In this document: in pieces, positions 46,329 to 58,500 of the stretch | Position numbering within the stretch: position 1 is the first letter of the stretch | How the letters are laid out: every line of letters begins with the position of its first letter | DNA from: Cyanophora paradoxa CCMP329 | Taxonomy: Eukaryota > Plantae > Glaucophyta | DNA: 64,000 bases | Reading direction: 5' to 3' | Assembly (NCBI GenBank): GCA_004431415.1 | Contig: QPMI01000173.1 | Span: 1 to 64,000, forward strand | Translations under genes and position numbers: made by a program | The notes under the pieces: model-generated | What the model saw: the letters and a program-made list of their open reading frames with translations, nothing else | What the model was told of the DNA's origin: nothing | Databases searched by the model: none

Positions 46329-49300
46329 ATGCTTGGGCAGGGGGCTCCACCGCCGCTGGCGGCCTTCGTGCCGCAGGCGCTTCGGCAGGCGCTCCACATC
46401 GACGCGGGGGGCGCGCCGCCGTCGGCCGGCGAGGCGGAGGCGAGCGAGCTCGAGGTCGACCCGCAGCAGTGCTCCTTCCGCACGTACGAGGCCGGTGCGT
46501 GCGGGGCGGCGGCGGGCGGGGCGGCGGGCGGGGCGCGTGCCGGGGCTGACTGGGGCGCGGGCGGGGCGGGGCGCAGTGCTGCTGGTGGCGGACCTGTCGG
46601 GCTTCAGCGCCCTCGCCTCGCGCCTCGTCGCCGACGCCAACGCGGGGCCCCCGCCCCAGCTCCGCGCCCGCCGCGTCAGCGAGCTCGGGGATCCGGACGC
46701 CGAGGTACCGCCCTGCGCCCGCGCCTCTCGCTTAGCGTGCGTGGGCTCAGTTGGTGCCCCGACCCGCAGCCGGGAATGCCTACGAGCGGTCAAGATGACA
46801 GTGATTCGGATGACGAAGCGAGCTCCCGATCCAGTGACTCCGTCGCAAGTGCGCGCGCGTGGCGTTCACCATCTCATTTAGCCTTCTGACCTGAGCCCCA
46901 GACGGCGGGAATGAAGACGAAAAGCGGCGGCGGCGGCGGCGGCAGTCGCGCGAGATGGTTCGGGAACGGGAGCGAATGAAGCGGGAGCGGGAGCGGTGGG
47001 CGGTGCGCCGGGGGCGGTGGGCGATGCGCCGGGGGCGCGCGGGGCGCTCGAGCTCGGGGCGACCGAGGCGGGGCGGGGCGGGCCAGGCGGACCACCTGTC
47101 GCGGAAGGTGAACGAGGTGCTGGCGGACATGCTCGCCATCGCCGCCGAGTACGAGATGGACGCCATCAAGTTCGCCGTGCGCCGCCCCGGCCCCGCCCCC
47201 CGGCCCGCCCCGCCCCGCCCGACGCCGGCCGGCAGGGCGACGCGATCACGCTGATGAAGCCGTACGCGGGGGGCTCGAGCGCGCGGGCCGACGAGGCGGC
47301 GTCGGCGGCCCTCGAGTGCGCCGCGCGCCTCCTCAAGGCCGTCTCCAACAGCGTCCACTTCTCGTGCGCCCCGGCGCCCCCGCGCGGCGGCCGAGCGCTC
47401 ACGCCGGGCAGGCTGCACTGCGCGCTGGGGATGGGGACGGTGCTGGAGCTGCACGCGGGGCTCCCCTCGCGCCGCGAGATGGTCCTCCTCGGCCTCCCCG
47501 TCAAGCAGGCCCGCCCCGGCCGCCCCCGCCCCGCCCGCCGCCCCTCAGCCCGCCGCCCCCGCAGGTCTCCGACGGCATCGGCCTCTCCAAGAGCGGCCAG
47601 GTCGCCGTGCACGCGAATACTTTCCTCCGAATCTCCATATGGAGGGCGAGCGTTGGCCCTCTCGGAGGCGCTTTCCCCTCCAATGTGAATGAGGGCCGGG
47701 GGCAGTGCCTCGCGTGGAAGCAGGACGGCGCGGACCGCAAGTTCCACATCGTTCAGCTCGACGACGACGACGTCCGCTCCATCCCGCCCTCGCCCTCACC
47801 GCTCCAGCACACCCTTACCTCCATCTCTCTCTCAGCTCCTCTCCAGCCAACTCTTCTCCCGGGAGCGGCCGCCCGCGGCCCGATCGCCCCCTTCGGCCTC
47901 CGCCCTCGCCCTAGGCCTCGCCATGGGGAGCGCCGCCGGCCTCAGGCTTTGCCCCTACGTCCCGGAGGAGGTTCTGCAGCTGCTGCAGGGAAACCCGATG
48001 TCCACGTGCGTTCCACGCACAGCGATACGATAGACCGAACACGTTTCGTTCTAACAGAGCTCTCCCGTGGCCAGGTTCTGGAGCGAGCTGCGGACGATCT
48101 CGGCCGCCTTCGTGCAGGTGCCCCTCCCCTTTGACGTGGCGCGCGCCGTCGCCGTGTGGACGGAGAGCCGCCGGTACGATCGGTCTCTCTTTCTTATAAA
48201 ACTACGCTTGTCGCCTTCTCCGCATTGGAGCGAGGCGGCGGCTGGCGGCGCAGGTCGCGCTCGCGGAGGGCCTCCGAGGCGAACGGGACGCCCGTGTTCG
48301 ACCTTTCGGGGCCGGCCGACGCCGAGGAGGCCCCGGCCTCGCTTCGCACCCTTGGCGCCGCCTCCGACCCCTTCGGCGTGCTCGACGCCTGCATCCGCGA
48401 GGTGCAGTCGGCCGTCGCCGACACCGAGGGCTCCTTCCGCCAGTTCCTCGTCGACGACAAGGGCGCCACCGTCCGCCCCGCCCCGCCCTCCCCCGCCCCG
48501 CCGCCCCACTTGCCGCCGACGACGCTCCCGCAGGCGTTCGCGACGTGGGGCGTGAGCCAAGCGCACACCGACGACGGCGAGCGCGCCGTTTCCGCCGCCA
48601 TTCGCATCCGCGACGCGCTCGCGCGTATCGGCACCGGCGCCGTCGCGATCGGCATCACGTCGGGGCGGGTGTACTGCGGGCTGGTGCGGGCGGGGCGCCC
48701 CGGCCCGCGGCGTGCGGCTGGCGACTCGCGTCGGCTCACGTGCCGCCAGATCGGCAACGCGGCGCGGGCGGACTACACTGTGCTGGGCGACCCGGTCCGC
48801 CCCGCGCCCCGCGCCCCGCGCCCCGCGCCCCGCGCCGCAGGGCGCTGAGCGGGCGGGCCGGGGGCCGGGGCGGCAGATCAACATGGCGAGCCGGCTGATG
48901 GGCCTGGGGCGCGGCATCGTCGTGGACCGGGCGACGGTGGCGGCGCTCCCGCAGCCCGAGCCCTTCCTCGTCACCCCGCTCGGTCCGCCCCCAGGCGGCC
49001 CCCGCGCCCCCCCGCACACGCGAGCCGCGCCGACCCCGCTGGGGCGGGCAGGGACGGTGGCGGTGAAGGGCAAGGAGGAGGGCATCGAGGCGTTCAGGGT
49101 GGAAGGCCTCGCCCAGCGCTCCTCCCTCGCCAGCCGCCTGCTGGCGACGCTGAGCTCCAGCGGCGCCGGAGCGGGCGGGGGCGAGGCGGATGCGCCCCGG
49201 GGCTCCCGCGTCCGCCGGAGGAGCTCCTTCGCGTCGGTGGAGGGGGCCCAGGGGCGCGCCTCGATGGCGCGGCGCGTCTCCCTCGCGCCCCCGCAGCAGC

Positions 49301-52300
49301 CCGACCTGCCTTCTTCGGGCATCGATATCGCGGCGGCAGCGGCGCGGCGGTCCAGCACGGGCATGGGGCACGGCGACTCGCTCGGGGCCGAGGCCGCCCC
49401 GCGCCTTCTCTTCTCGGCACCGACGCCGTCGTCGCGGTCCCGCTCGCGCGCCTCGCTCACCCTCGCCGAGCCCCAGCCCGAGCCCGAGGAGCCGTGCGCC
49501 GCCTGCGACGAGCTCGAGGCGCGCCCCTTCAACTCCCCTCTCTTCCCTCCTCTCCTTTCCTTCCTCTTTTTCTTTTTCCTTCTTCTTCGTCTCGAAAAAA
49601 CGCTTCTCGCAACTCACTGCCTACTAGGGCGTGCGGGCGGTGCCGGTGGTGCTCAGTCCAGCGCACCGCTCCTCTTCGCCCATGCTGCGCGTCTCGTCGC
49701 CCGAGCTGGAGGATCTGGAGGGGGCGGACCTGCGGGGGCCCCACCCCCTCTCCCCGCCCCTCGCGAGCGCCCCGCAGCCCTGGCGCTTTCCCCCGGGGTG
49801 CGGGGATCACTGGGATGAGTCGGGAGGGCCCCGCCGGCTCGACGGGGGAGGGGGCGTCGCCTCGGGCTTCGGTGTGGACCTGCGCCTCGACGTCGATGAG
49901 CCGGAGAGCGGCACGAGGTGCGCGCCCTCGACCCCGAGCCGCCCCCGCCCCGCCTCCCTCCCCTCCTCACTCGCCCCTCCCGCCAGCGCCTGCTGCGCCG
50001 CCGAGGCCCTCTCGCCTGGCGCCCTCCCCAGTCTCCCTTCCGACGATGCCGAGGCCTCCGCCGCCGGCTCCCGCGCCTCCCTCGCGCTCGCCTACCACGA
50101 GACCGCCTCCCAAGCCGACTTCTTCTCTTCTCCGTGAGGGACCCCGGCCCCTCTGCGTTTCTCTGCGTCATCACAAGGCACGGGATGCGCAGGGCGCGGG
50201 GGCTCGGCTCCCTTCAGAGCCGCGGGAGCGCCGACGACATCCTCGCGGCGACGGAGACCGAGCCGCGCTCCTCTCTCAGCAGCCGGCGGCCCTCCCGCGC
50301 GCTGCCACCGCCCCCGGGGCCCCGGCCCCGCAGCCTCTCCCGCCAGATCAACGGAAAGGCGCGACACGCTCGCGGACGCTCGCTCAGAGCTCCTTTAGCT
50401 TCCGCCGCGCCTCACTGAACGCTTCGCTTGCTGCAGGTCTTCTTGCGCAACTCGGACGCGCACCGTTTCGAGCACTCGCACGCGCGGGCCGGTGCCGTCC
50501 TCTTCGGCGCTGGGCGCTCCTGGAGCCCCCTCGCGCCGGTGCGGCGCCCGCCCGCGGCCGCCTCCCCGCTGCCGGCGCCGCCTGAGGCCTCGATCCGAAC
50601 TCTTGTCGCAGGCGGACGGATTCGTCGGACGGCACGCCGAGCTGCACGCCATTGAGGACTTCGTACTCTCCTGCGAGCGCCTCCGCCCGCACCTGGCGTC
50701 GGGCGCCCCGCCCCCGCCCATTACCGCCCCTGCCGCCGCCTCGCCGCACGTCCTCTTCATCGAGGGGGAGGGCGGCGTGGGCAAGTCGGCGCTGGCGAGC
50801 CTCGCCGCCGCCTGGCTCTCCTCCGTCTCCCGCCTCCGCCTCGTCTTCGTCGGAGGGCGCCTCGCGGCGCCGGCAGAGGCCGGCGAGCCCGGGCTGGAGG
50901 AGCCGGCGCCCTTCCACGCCTTCCGCGCCGCCCTCGTCGACCTCCTCGGCCTCAAGCCCGTGCTCGCCGCCATCGCCGCCGCCCTCTACGGCCGCAGCGG
51001 CGCCGGGCCCGACGCGGCGCCGCCCGGCCCCGACTCGGCCTCCCCGACCTCGCGCGACCCGCTCGGCGCCGGCTCGCGCTTCCTGCCGCCCCGCCGCCTC
51101 ACAGCGCCGAGCGCGCACGCCGGGGCGGACGGGGCGGCCTCTAGCTCGCGCAAGGGGGCGGGGGCGGGGCGGGGGGACGAGGGGGACTTGTACTGGGACC
51201 GCGCCCGCGAGCTGGACCGGCAGTTCCGCCACGACGTCCTCCGCTCCGGTGCCGGAACCACCGCGAAGCCCAGCAAGTCGAAGCTGCCGCGAGCGCCTTC
51301 TCACTTGCTCGTCCCCGCCCAGTGATCGAGGCGCTCTTCCGGCTGGACACGGGGCTGGCGATCCACGCGGAGGCCCTCTGCGCCATCCTCCAGCTCTTCG
51401 CCCTCCGCACCGCCGGCAGTGCGCGAACTCGACCACCGTGCTCGAATCCGAGCAGAGACGGGCTGACGGTGACCGTGCTCAGACTTGGGGACGGATCCGC
51501 CGTCGAGCGCGGACGACTCGATCGCGAACGCGACCACCGTCGACGAGGCGGGCAGCCGCAAGAAGCAGCTGCAGGTGCGGCGCCGGCCTCGCTCTCGGGG
51601 CATCGAAGGCAGGCTTGCGCCTGCTGAAGCGGGCCCGTGCGCGAAGATCGTGCTGGGCGTCCTGCCGGTAGAGCGCGTCTCCTCGCACTCCCCTCTGCCG
51701 GTAGAGCGCGTCTCCTCGCACTTGGGGGGGCAGGGCGAGCAGCAGAAGGGCTCCCTCCTCTCCCTCGTCTCGTCCGGGGACTCGGGCGGCGGGAGCGCGC
51801 ATCACTCGGGGAAGGCGTGGGCGGCGCCGGCCTCGAGGGACGGGGGCGACCTCCACGTGCAGCCCGACGGAGCGCAGGCCCGCGGGGCCGGGGCGGGGGA
51901 GGGGGCGGGGCGGGGGGGGCTGTTCGGGTTCCTGCACGGGGCGACGCGGGACATCCTCTACGCGCGCCTCACCGAGGAGCGCCGCCGCCTCCTCCACCTC
52001 CGCGCCGCCGCCGCCCTCGACGCCCTCGACCCCGTCCGCCCCGCCCCGCCCCGCCCCCGCCCCGCCCCCGGCCCCGACCCCGGCCCCGACCCCGGCCCCG
52101 ACCCCGCCCCCTCGGCAGGCGGAGCGGGAGCAGATGGGCGTCTCGGCGACGGCGCTGGCGGCGCACTTCAACAGCGCGGGGGTGAAGGAGCGGGCGGTGC
52201 ACTTCCTGACGGTGGCGGGGCAGGCGGCCGTGCAGTCCGGCTCCCTCACCAAGGCCATCGCCGCCCTCGAGGACGCCGTCCAGCTCGAGGACGACGTCCG

Positions 52301-55300
52301 CGCCGAGACCTCCCGCCCCGCCCCGGCCCCCGCCCCTGCCGGCGCCGCAAGAGGAGCCGTCGCCTTCGCCGCCGGCACCGGCGACGACGAGGAGGAGGCG
52401 GCCGGCACGCACCGGTGCGCGCTCCGCTCGGGCCCGAGTGAGGCGCCCCGCGCGGCTCATGGGAAGGCGTGGCGATGGCAGGAGCCGGGGCGTCGCCTCG
52501 CCGAATGGGACGGGGGGCAAGGCGCGGGGCTTCTTGCGGGGCCTCCTCTCCTCCGGCAGGGGGCCCGACCTCGCCGACCGCAGCGTCCGCCAGGTCCGCC
52601 CTCCGCCCGTGCCCCTCGCCCCTTCTCCACATCCCCGAATCCCTTTTGCTTTGGTGAATTACCGGCCACAGTCTCTAGACACCATCACTGCGGGGGCTCC
52701 CCGAATCTCTTTGCTGGCGAGGAGTAATCTAGCTAAATATATAGGCCTAGTCTCCAACTGCGCAACGCCATAGCTCTAGCTCTTCGTGCTCGAGTCAGAT
52801 ATCGACTATACATGAATTTCGCTGGTTCCCTACGTGCCAGGAGGTCGAGGCTGCAGCTGCTGGGTTTCGAATTCGCAGTAATGACTCCTCGCGACAGGGC
52901 CGCATGATGGAGGAGCTGGCGCGCATCGCGAAGCACCAGCGGGGCGGGCGGGGCCTGCAGATCAGCGCCCTCGAGAGGCGCCAGGCGAGCCCGCGGCCGC
53001 GACCGAGCGCGCGCGCCGGATTGTCTTTCTCCTACGACGGAAGATAATAGAAGCGCCACGTAATGCTGACCAACCCTACAGCTCACGGTTGCGCGGTTGC
53101 GCAGGTGGTGATGCGGGGGGTGCTGCTGGCGCGCGTCTACATCATGTCGGGTCGCCTCGTCGCCTCGCGCCGCGTCCTCGAGCAGTGCGCCCCCTCCCAT
53201 ACATCCATCCCCCTCAACGCCCATTTCTATTCCATTCCCCCTTCCCTATTTACTCTCCGCATCCGGGCATCGAGGCTGATGCACATCTACGTTCCCGCCT
53301 CCGTTGGCAGGGCGCTCGAGGCGTGGATCCGCACCAAGAAGCTCGTACGCGACGCCTCGAGCTCGGGGGTGCGGCGCGGGGGCCGGCCCTCCGCCTTCGC
53401 GCACCTGCGGGCGGTGCTCGCGGCCGCCGGCGCCGTCCGCGCGCATCGCCTCTCCTACCCGCTCGCCACCGTCTCCTCCCTTCCCTCCTCCATGTGCGTT
53501 GCACTCGCCCGGATCGCCCGACCGCCGCTGAAGAGGCCCCAGAAGCGGCGGCGGGGCGGGGCGGCGCGCGAGCTACCAGAGCGGCGGGTGCAGCCTGCGC
53601 TTCGGCTGCGGCGGCAGCGCGCACGCGGGGAGCGTGTGGGGCAGCATCCGCAGCGGCTCCCTGTGGAGCGCCAGCGTGCGCGGCGGCAGCGTCTTCGGGA
53701 GCGTCCGCAACGGGACCGTCTTCAACCACGCCGACCCGCTCGGAGGGGGCGAAGCAAGCGGAGCGCCTGCAGCCGCCGGCCACGGCGAGCGCCGCGGGAG
53801 CGCCGGCGCCGTCGACGCGCGCAGCGCGGAGGCGGCCGTGGCTGCGCCTGCGACGCAGGGGCGCTTCGACGACGTCGGCGACGGGGCGCGGCGGGCGCCC
53901 GTTCACGCGCACTTCGACGCGAGCCTCGGAGCCGACTGCACGGAGGAGGGCTGCCGCGACGAAGCGCTCGCCCTCTACGAGCGCGTTCTCAGGTGCGCCC
54001 CCCGACGCGCCCCGCCTGAGGCGTCTACGTCTTCGCTTCGGCGACCGGGCGGGGGCAGGCACGCGGGGGAGAACGCGCGGGCGGCGCGCGTGGCGGTCGC
54101 CCGGTGGACGATGCTCTCGCCGCAGGCCGACGTCGCGCGCCGCGCCGAGGCCGCCGCCCGCGCCGCCAGCGCCCTCGACTGGGTCGGCGGCCGCCTCGCC
54201 GCGGCGGCGGCGGCGCGGGTGCGGGCCCTCTCGGGCGACCTGATGCACGTCCTCGCGGCGCACAAGGAGCGCGAGATCATCCACAAGGTGCGAAAGGCAG
54301 GGAGGGCGAGGGGGCAGCAGCCTCGCTCTGGGGCCGACCCGACGGGCCCCTCCCCGGGGGGCGCAGGCGGGGGTGCTGGAGGAGGAGGCGCACGCGGCGG
54401 TCGGGCGGGGGCGGGTCGAGGCCGCCGTCGTCGCCGCCAGGCAGGGGCACCTCCTCGCCCAGCAGGTCCGACGCCCGCCCCGCCCTACAGCTGCCTCCGC
54501 CCCCGCCCCGCTCCCAATCTATCTCTTCTCACGCGATCTCGAAACTGAAATCTCCCGTCCCGGCGAAGTTTCTCACTTAAGTTCTTATAATTATTCTCAC
54601 AATAACATCGGTCTATAGCTGATAGCTGAGCCCATGCCGTCCTGCTCTCGTGCCGTACGCGACACTGTCGTCGCCATAAGAGGGAGCGTGGGCGCCGGCG
54701 GCGGGGCCCGGGGCCGAGGGGCGGGGCCGGGGCGGCGCAGGTGTCGCACAGCTACAGCACCCTCGGGCTGCTCCTCATGGAGGCCGCGGCCCTCTTCCGT
54801 GCGCCCCCCGCCCCCTCCGCATCCCAGCTTCCCAGCTTGTCGCGCTCGCTTTCCGACGCCAAATGTCCTCGCGGAGCAGACGGGGGCAGGCTGCGGGAGT
54901 GCAGCGAGGCGGTGCGGGAGCTCAAGTGGCTCGCCTCGTCGGCGCCCTCCCAGCCGCACCTCTGCTGGGCCGCCCTGGTGCCGCCCCTCCGCCCCCGCCC
55001 GAGCCCGCGCCGAGCGCCTCTCTGACTCCGCTTCGCGCTCGCAGCTGCGGGCGCAGCTTCAGATGCTGACGAGCCTGGCGGAGGAGGCGGTCTCCACTGC
55101 CGAGCACGCCCTCGTCCTCGCAAAAACGTGCCCCCTTCAATTTCTAATTCAGCGTCTCCGGAACCAACGCACAGGCGAGCTCGAAAACGTGTGACGAGCG
55201 CGCATGCGGGCATGCGCAGGTGCGACATGAGCGGGCACGGGCACCGGGACGCGCACCAAAGCGGTCGCAAGAGCGGCGCCAAGCTCGTCTTCGAGACGGG

Positions 55301-56090
55301 GCTGCTGGTCGAGCGCCGCGCCGCCGCCGCCCTCCTCTCCCGCGCCGTCTGCCAGGTCGCCGGGCTGCGCCTCTTCCGAGCGCGGCGGGCGGAGCTGACG
55401 GGCGGGGCGGGGGGCGGGGCGTGGGCAGGCGGGGAGCGGGCCGGGGGCGGAGGAGGCGGCGCTGAAGGAGGCGCTGGAGGGGCCGGAGTCGTACCTGAGG
55501 GCGGCCGGCGGCGGCGACGGCCTCGACGCGCCGCTCGAGTGCTTCGCCCTCTGCTCCCTCATGGCCCGCCCCGCCCCGCCGCGCCCCGGCCCGCCCGCCC
55601 CTCACCCCGCCTCAGGACGCCGTCGCCCTCTCCCACCGCCGCCACGCCGACGCGGCGGTGGGCGACCCGGCGCCGGAGGCGGGCCGCTCGTGGCTCGGCG
55701 GCCTCCTCTCGCGCTGGGCCAGGGGCCGGCCCCGCCGCGCCCGGCGCCGCCCTCGCTGGCAGCGCGCTGCGCGGGGGCGATGCGGGGCCGGCGGGGCCAG
55801 TACGGGCGGCTGCTGGCGCTGCTGGAGGGGGAGCAGGGCGGGGCGGGCAGCGGCGGCTGCTGGAGGCGGCGGCGCTGGTGCAGCGGGCGGTCTGGGAGCG
55901 CGAGTTCGAGGGGCGCCCCGAGGCGGCCGCGCGCCTCGCCCTGCGCGCCCTCGTCGCCGCCCGCGAGGCCGGCCTCGCCGCCTGGGAGGCCCGCGCCCTC
56001 GAGGAGCTCGCCGCCCTCGAGCCGGACGCGGCGCAGGCGCGCGAGCTCCTCGACAGGAGCCGCCTCCTTCTCAGCGTCAGCGTCATGTAG
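46329..56090 (+). CDS. sAC-like cyclase-STAND-TPR protein, copy B (inverted paralog of copy A; lacks the Walker B to GxP/winged-helix region)
   Basis: Same cyclase motifs as copy A; FVGRHAEL and Walker A IEGEGGVGKS; then runs in frame from IVLGVL (about 51650) to GGLFGFLHGATRDILY (about 51915); ends ELLDRSRLLLSVSVM*. Confidence 0.82.
51662..51722 (+). repeat. 28-bp direct repeat CTGCCGGTAGAGCGCGTCTCCTCGCACT, 2 copies at 33-bp period, at the deletion point of copy B
   Basis: Copies at 51662-51689 and 51695-51722, encoding LPVERVSSH twice. Confidence 0.9.
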
Positions 56091-57292
56091 CGGGCCGCGC
56101 CCCGCGCTGCACCCCGCTCGCGGTCGGCTGCGTCCGGCTTGCCGGGCTATCCAGCTCTCGATCGCGATCGCAATCAGGAGCACGCGCACGTCTGCAGCCC
56201 ATCTGCAGCTGCAGTTGACTGGTTGTAAAACAACACCTTGTATAGTTAGAACAGGACGGATCGGAAGAGTTCGGCTGCAGTTTTTTCGCTAGATCTAGAA
56301 GAAGGCTCGCGCCGGCGAGAGTGTACGTATACGTAGGCAGTTTCTCTACACGTCGTTTCACTGGTGTCGCTTGCGCGCGATCATTGATTTCTATCGCATG
56401 TGATCGCTCTCAAATTTTCCAAGTCTGTACTACGGTAAGATTTATACGTAGCTGCAGGTCGCAAGATGCCTACGCTTTCATGATCATGCATGCGCATATA
56501 TTTCATTCGATGATCCGCTTCCAAGTCTCTTTTCTGATCATCATCGGCGCCAGAAGGGACTTTGACTTGTTACGGATTTTAATCATGAGCTCGAGACTCG
56601 AGTACATATGCATGTACAGTTGCACAGATTGATGAGCTGTGCATTTGAATTTAATTTAGACGAGACATATCATATTATGCATCGATTTCTTGCCAGCTGC
56701 AGCTGCATGCGCAGCTGCAGTTCACGTTGCAACTTCTGGCAAAGGAGTACTTATACGTAATATTACGTATACCTATCTATAGCTACGCATACGTAAACAG
56801 CTGCAGATCATAATATTAATTTCTATTCCCAGTAGCTGGTCGACTTCGAATTCGTATTCACCAAGTCAATGCATATGATTACTTGTAAACACGTGCAGCT
56901 CCGATTAATTATATAATGAACGGAACAGGGACACGGCAGTTGCACTGCCCCTGCTGTTGGAGGGGGAAGGACCTCTATTATAACGCGTACGGTTGATCAT
57001 GAGCAGAAAAGGTCATGATCATGATCAGGTTAACGTTAGCCGAGACTCTGACTCTTGTAGAGCCTGCAGCTGTATACTATGCGAACGCCTGCTGGCGATC
57101 GACTCACCGAGTCGGCGAGCTCTTGGGACCAGAAGAGGACTTGCAGGACAATCGATATCGGTTAGATAACTAAGTTCTAGGTCTTCGACTCGCCCCCGCG
57201 TCTTGGGGTGTTCAACAATTGCAAAGCCTTGAAGAGAGCATCTTCAGGCTGCAGCTAATGCTCGCTAGGCGTAGACGTGCCTCCCGGATCCG

Positions 57293-57540
57293 CTCCGCCC
57301 GGCGAGCCGCCGCCGCGCCGCGAGCCGCGCCGCCGCCCGCCGCGCATCCGCCCCGCCCGGCGAGCCGCGCCGCCGCCCGCCGCTCCTCCGCCCCGCCCGG
57401 CGAGCCGCGCCGCCGCCCGCCGCGACTCCGCACCATGGCCACCCGGCGGCCGCGCCGTCGCCCGCCGCGACTCCGCAGAGTCCGCACCGCCCGGCGAGCG
57501 CGTGGCCCCGGCGCCGTCGCCCGCCGCGCGCTCAATGATC
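57293..57540. repeat. GC-rich ~40-bp minisatellite embedded in AT-richer intergenic DNA
   Basis: Unit TCCGCCCCGCCCGGCGAGCCGCGCCGCCGCCCGCCGCnnn at 57347-57386 and 57387-57426, with degenerate copies on both sides. Confidence 0.8.
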
Positions 57541-58500
57541 TTGTTGCCTGTGTAGTTATACAGCTATAGATCACATGCCCGCCACGCGCCTGCCTCGCTG
57601 CCGGTCTAGCGGCTCAGCCGGGGGCCCTACGAGCGCAAGCGAACGGCGCGCCTCTTTTGAGCAGGCCTGTGCCCCCGCAGGAATCGGCGGGGTCGCTGCG
57701 GGAGTCGGTCGGGGAGCGGCGCCGGAGCGTTGCGTTCCGCGAGACGCCGTCGCGCCGCGGTCCGCCGGGCGCATTCGGAGCGCAACGGTGCTGGAAGCCG
57801 CCCCGCGACTGTGCGCCCGCGACTAGCATGCATATGGGTTCGGACTCCGGAGTTTAACGTTGCCGCGGGCCGCGCCGGCGCCGCGCGCTGCATGCACTGC
57901 AGCTGCGCGATCAGGGACGGTCATAATATACCCCCCCTCCGGCGGGGTACGGCCCCGTACGGGCGCTATATATGCATGCAAATGCTGGGATGAATCGCAT
58001 AAATCGCATACGAAATCGATGTATATGATGACGACCATATCGCATTAAAAACAATTAATCTGAATCGGCCGCCCAATTTGGCCAATCTGATTTGCGCTTT
58101 GCATTGCCGGGTACCAAGTAGCTTGGGGCTAGTAGCGTGTTGCCAAGAGCTTTCGGGTACAGCGTTGTTGACCGTATGGGCAAAGCTTACGAAGACTCGA
58201 AGCTTAAGACTCGAAGCTTTGGGCGCGCAACGCCGCGCATGCGTTTGCGGCGCCGGCATGCCGCAGTGGCGGCAGTCCTAGCCTAGTAGTGCGCGCGCGG
58301 CCCAGCGCCGGCAGCGGCGGTCACGCTCCGTCGGGCCGCTCCTAGCCTAGTAGGCTTGCGATCGACTGCAGCAATTGCAAGCAAGTGCACTGCGCACGCG
58401 CGCGGGCGCCGTCACGCGAATTCCCGACCTTCGGAAGCTGGCAATCGTCTGGGATAGCCCACTAGCGTAGGAGCAGGCGCGCGCGTGGTGGTCGGGGGAG

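Noticed and set aside
29595-56090. Cyclase-AAA genes as bacterial contamination or recent horizontal transfer
   Set aside because: Both are densely interrupted by host-type spliceosomal introns, and the architecture is established in eukaryotes (ADCY10, sGC).
58025-58090. Canonical ATGATGA...CTGA...CTGA suggesting another C/D snoRNA
   Set aside because: No convincing terminal stem or C' box, and no rRNA-complementary guide that I could recognise.
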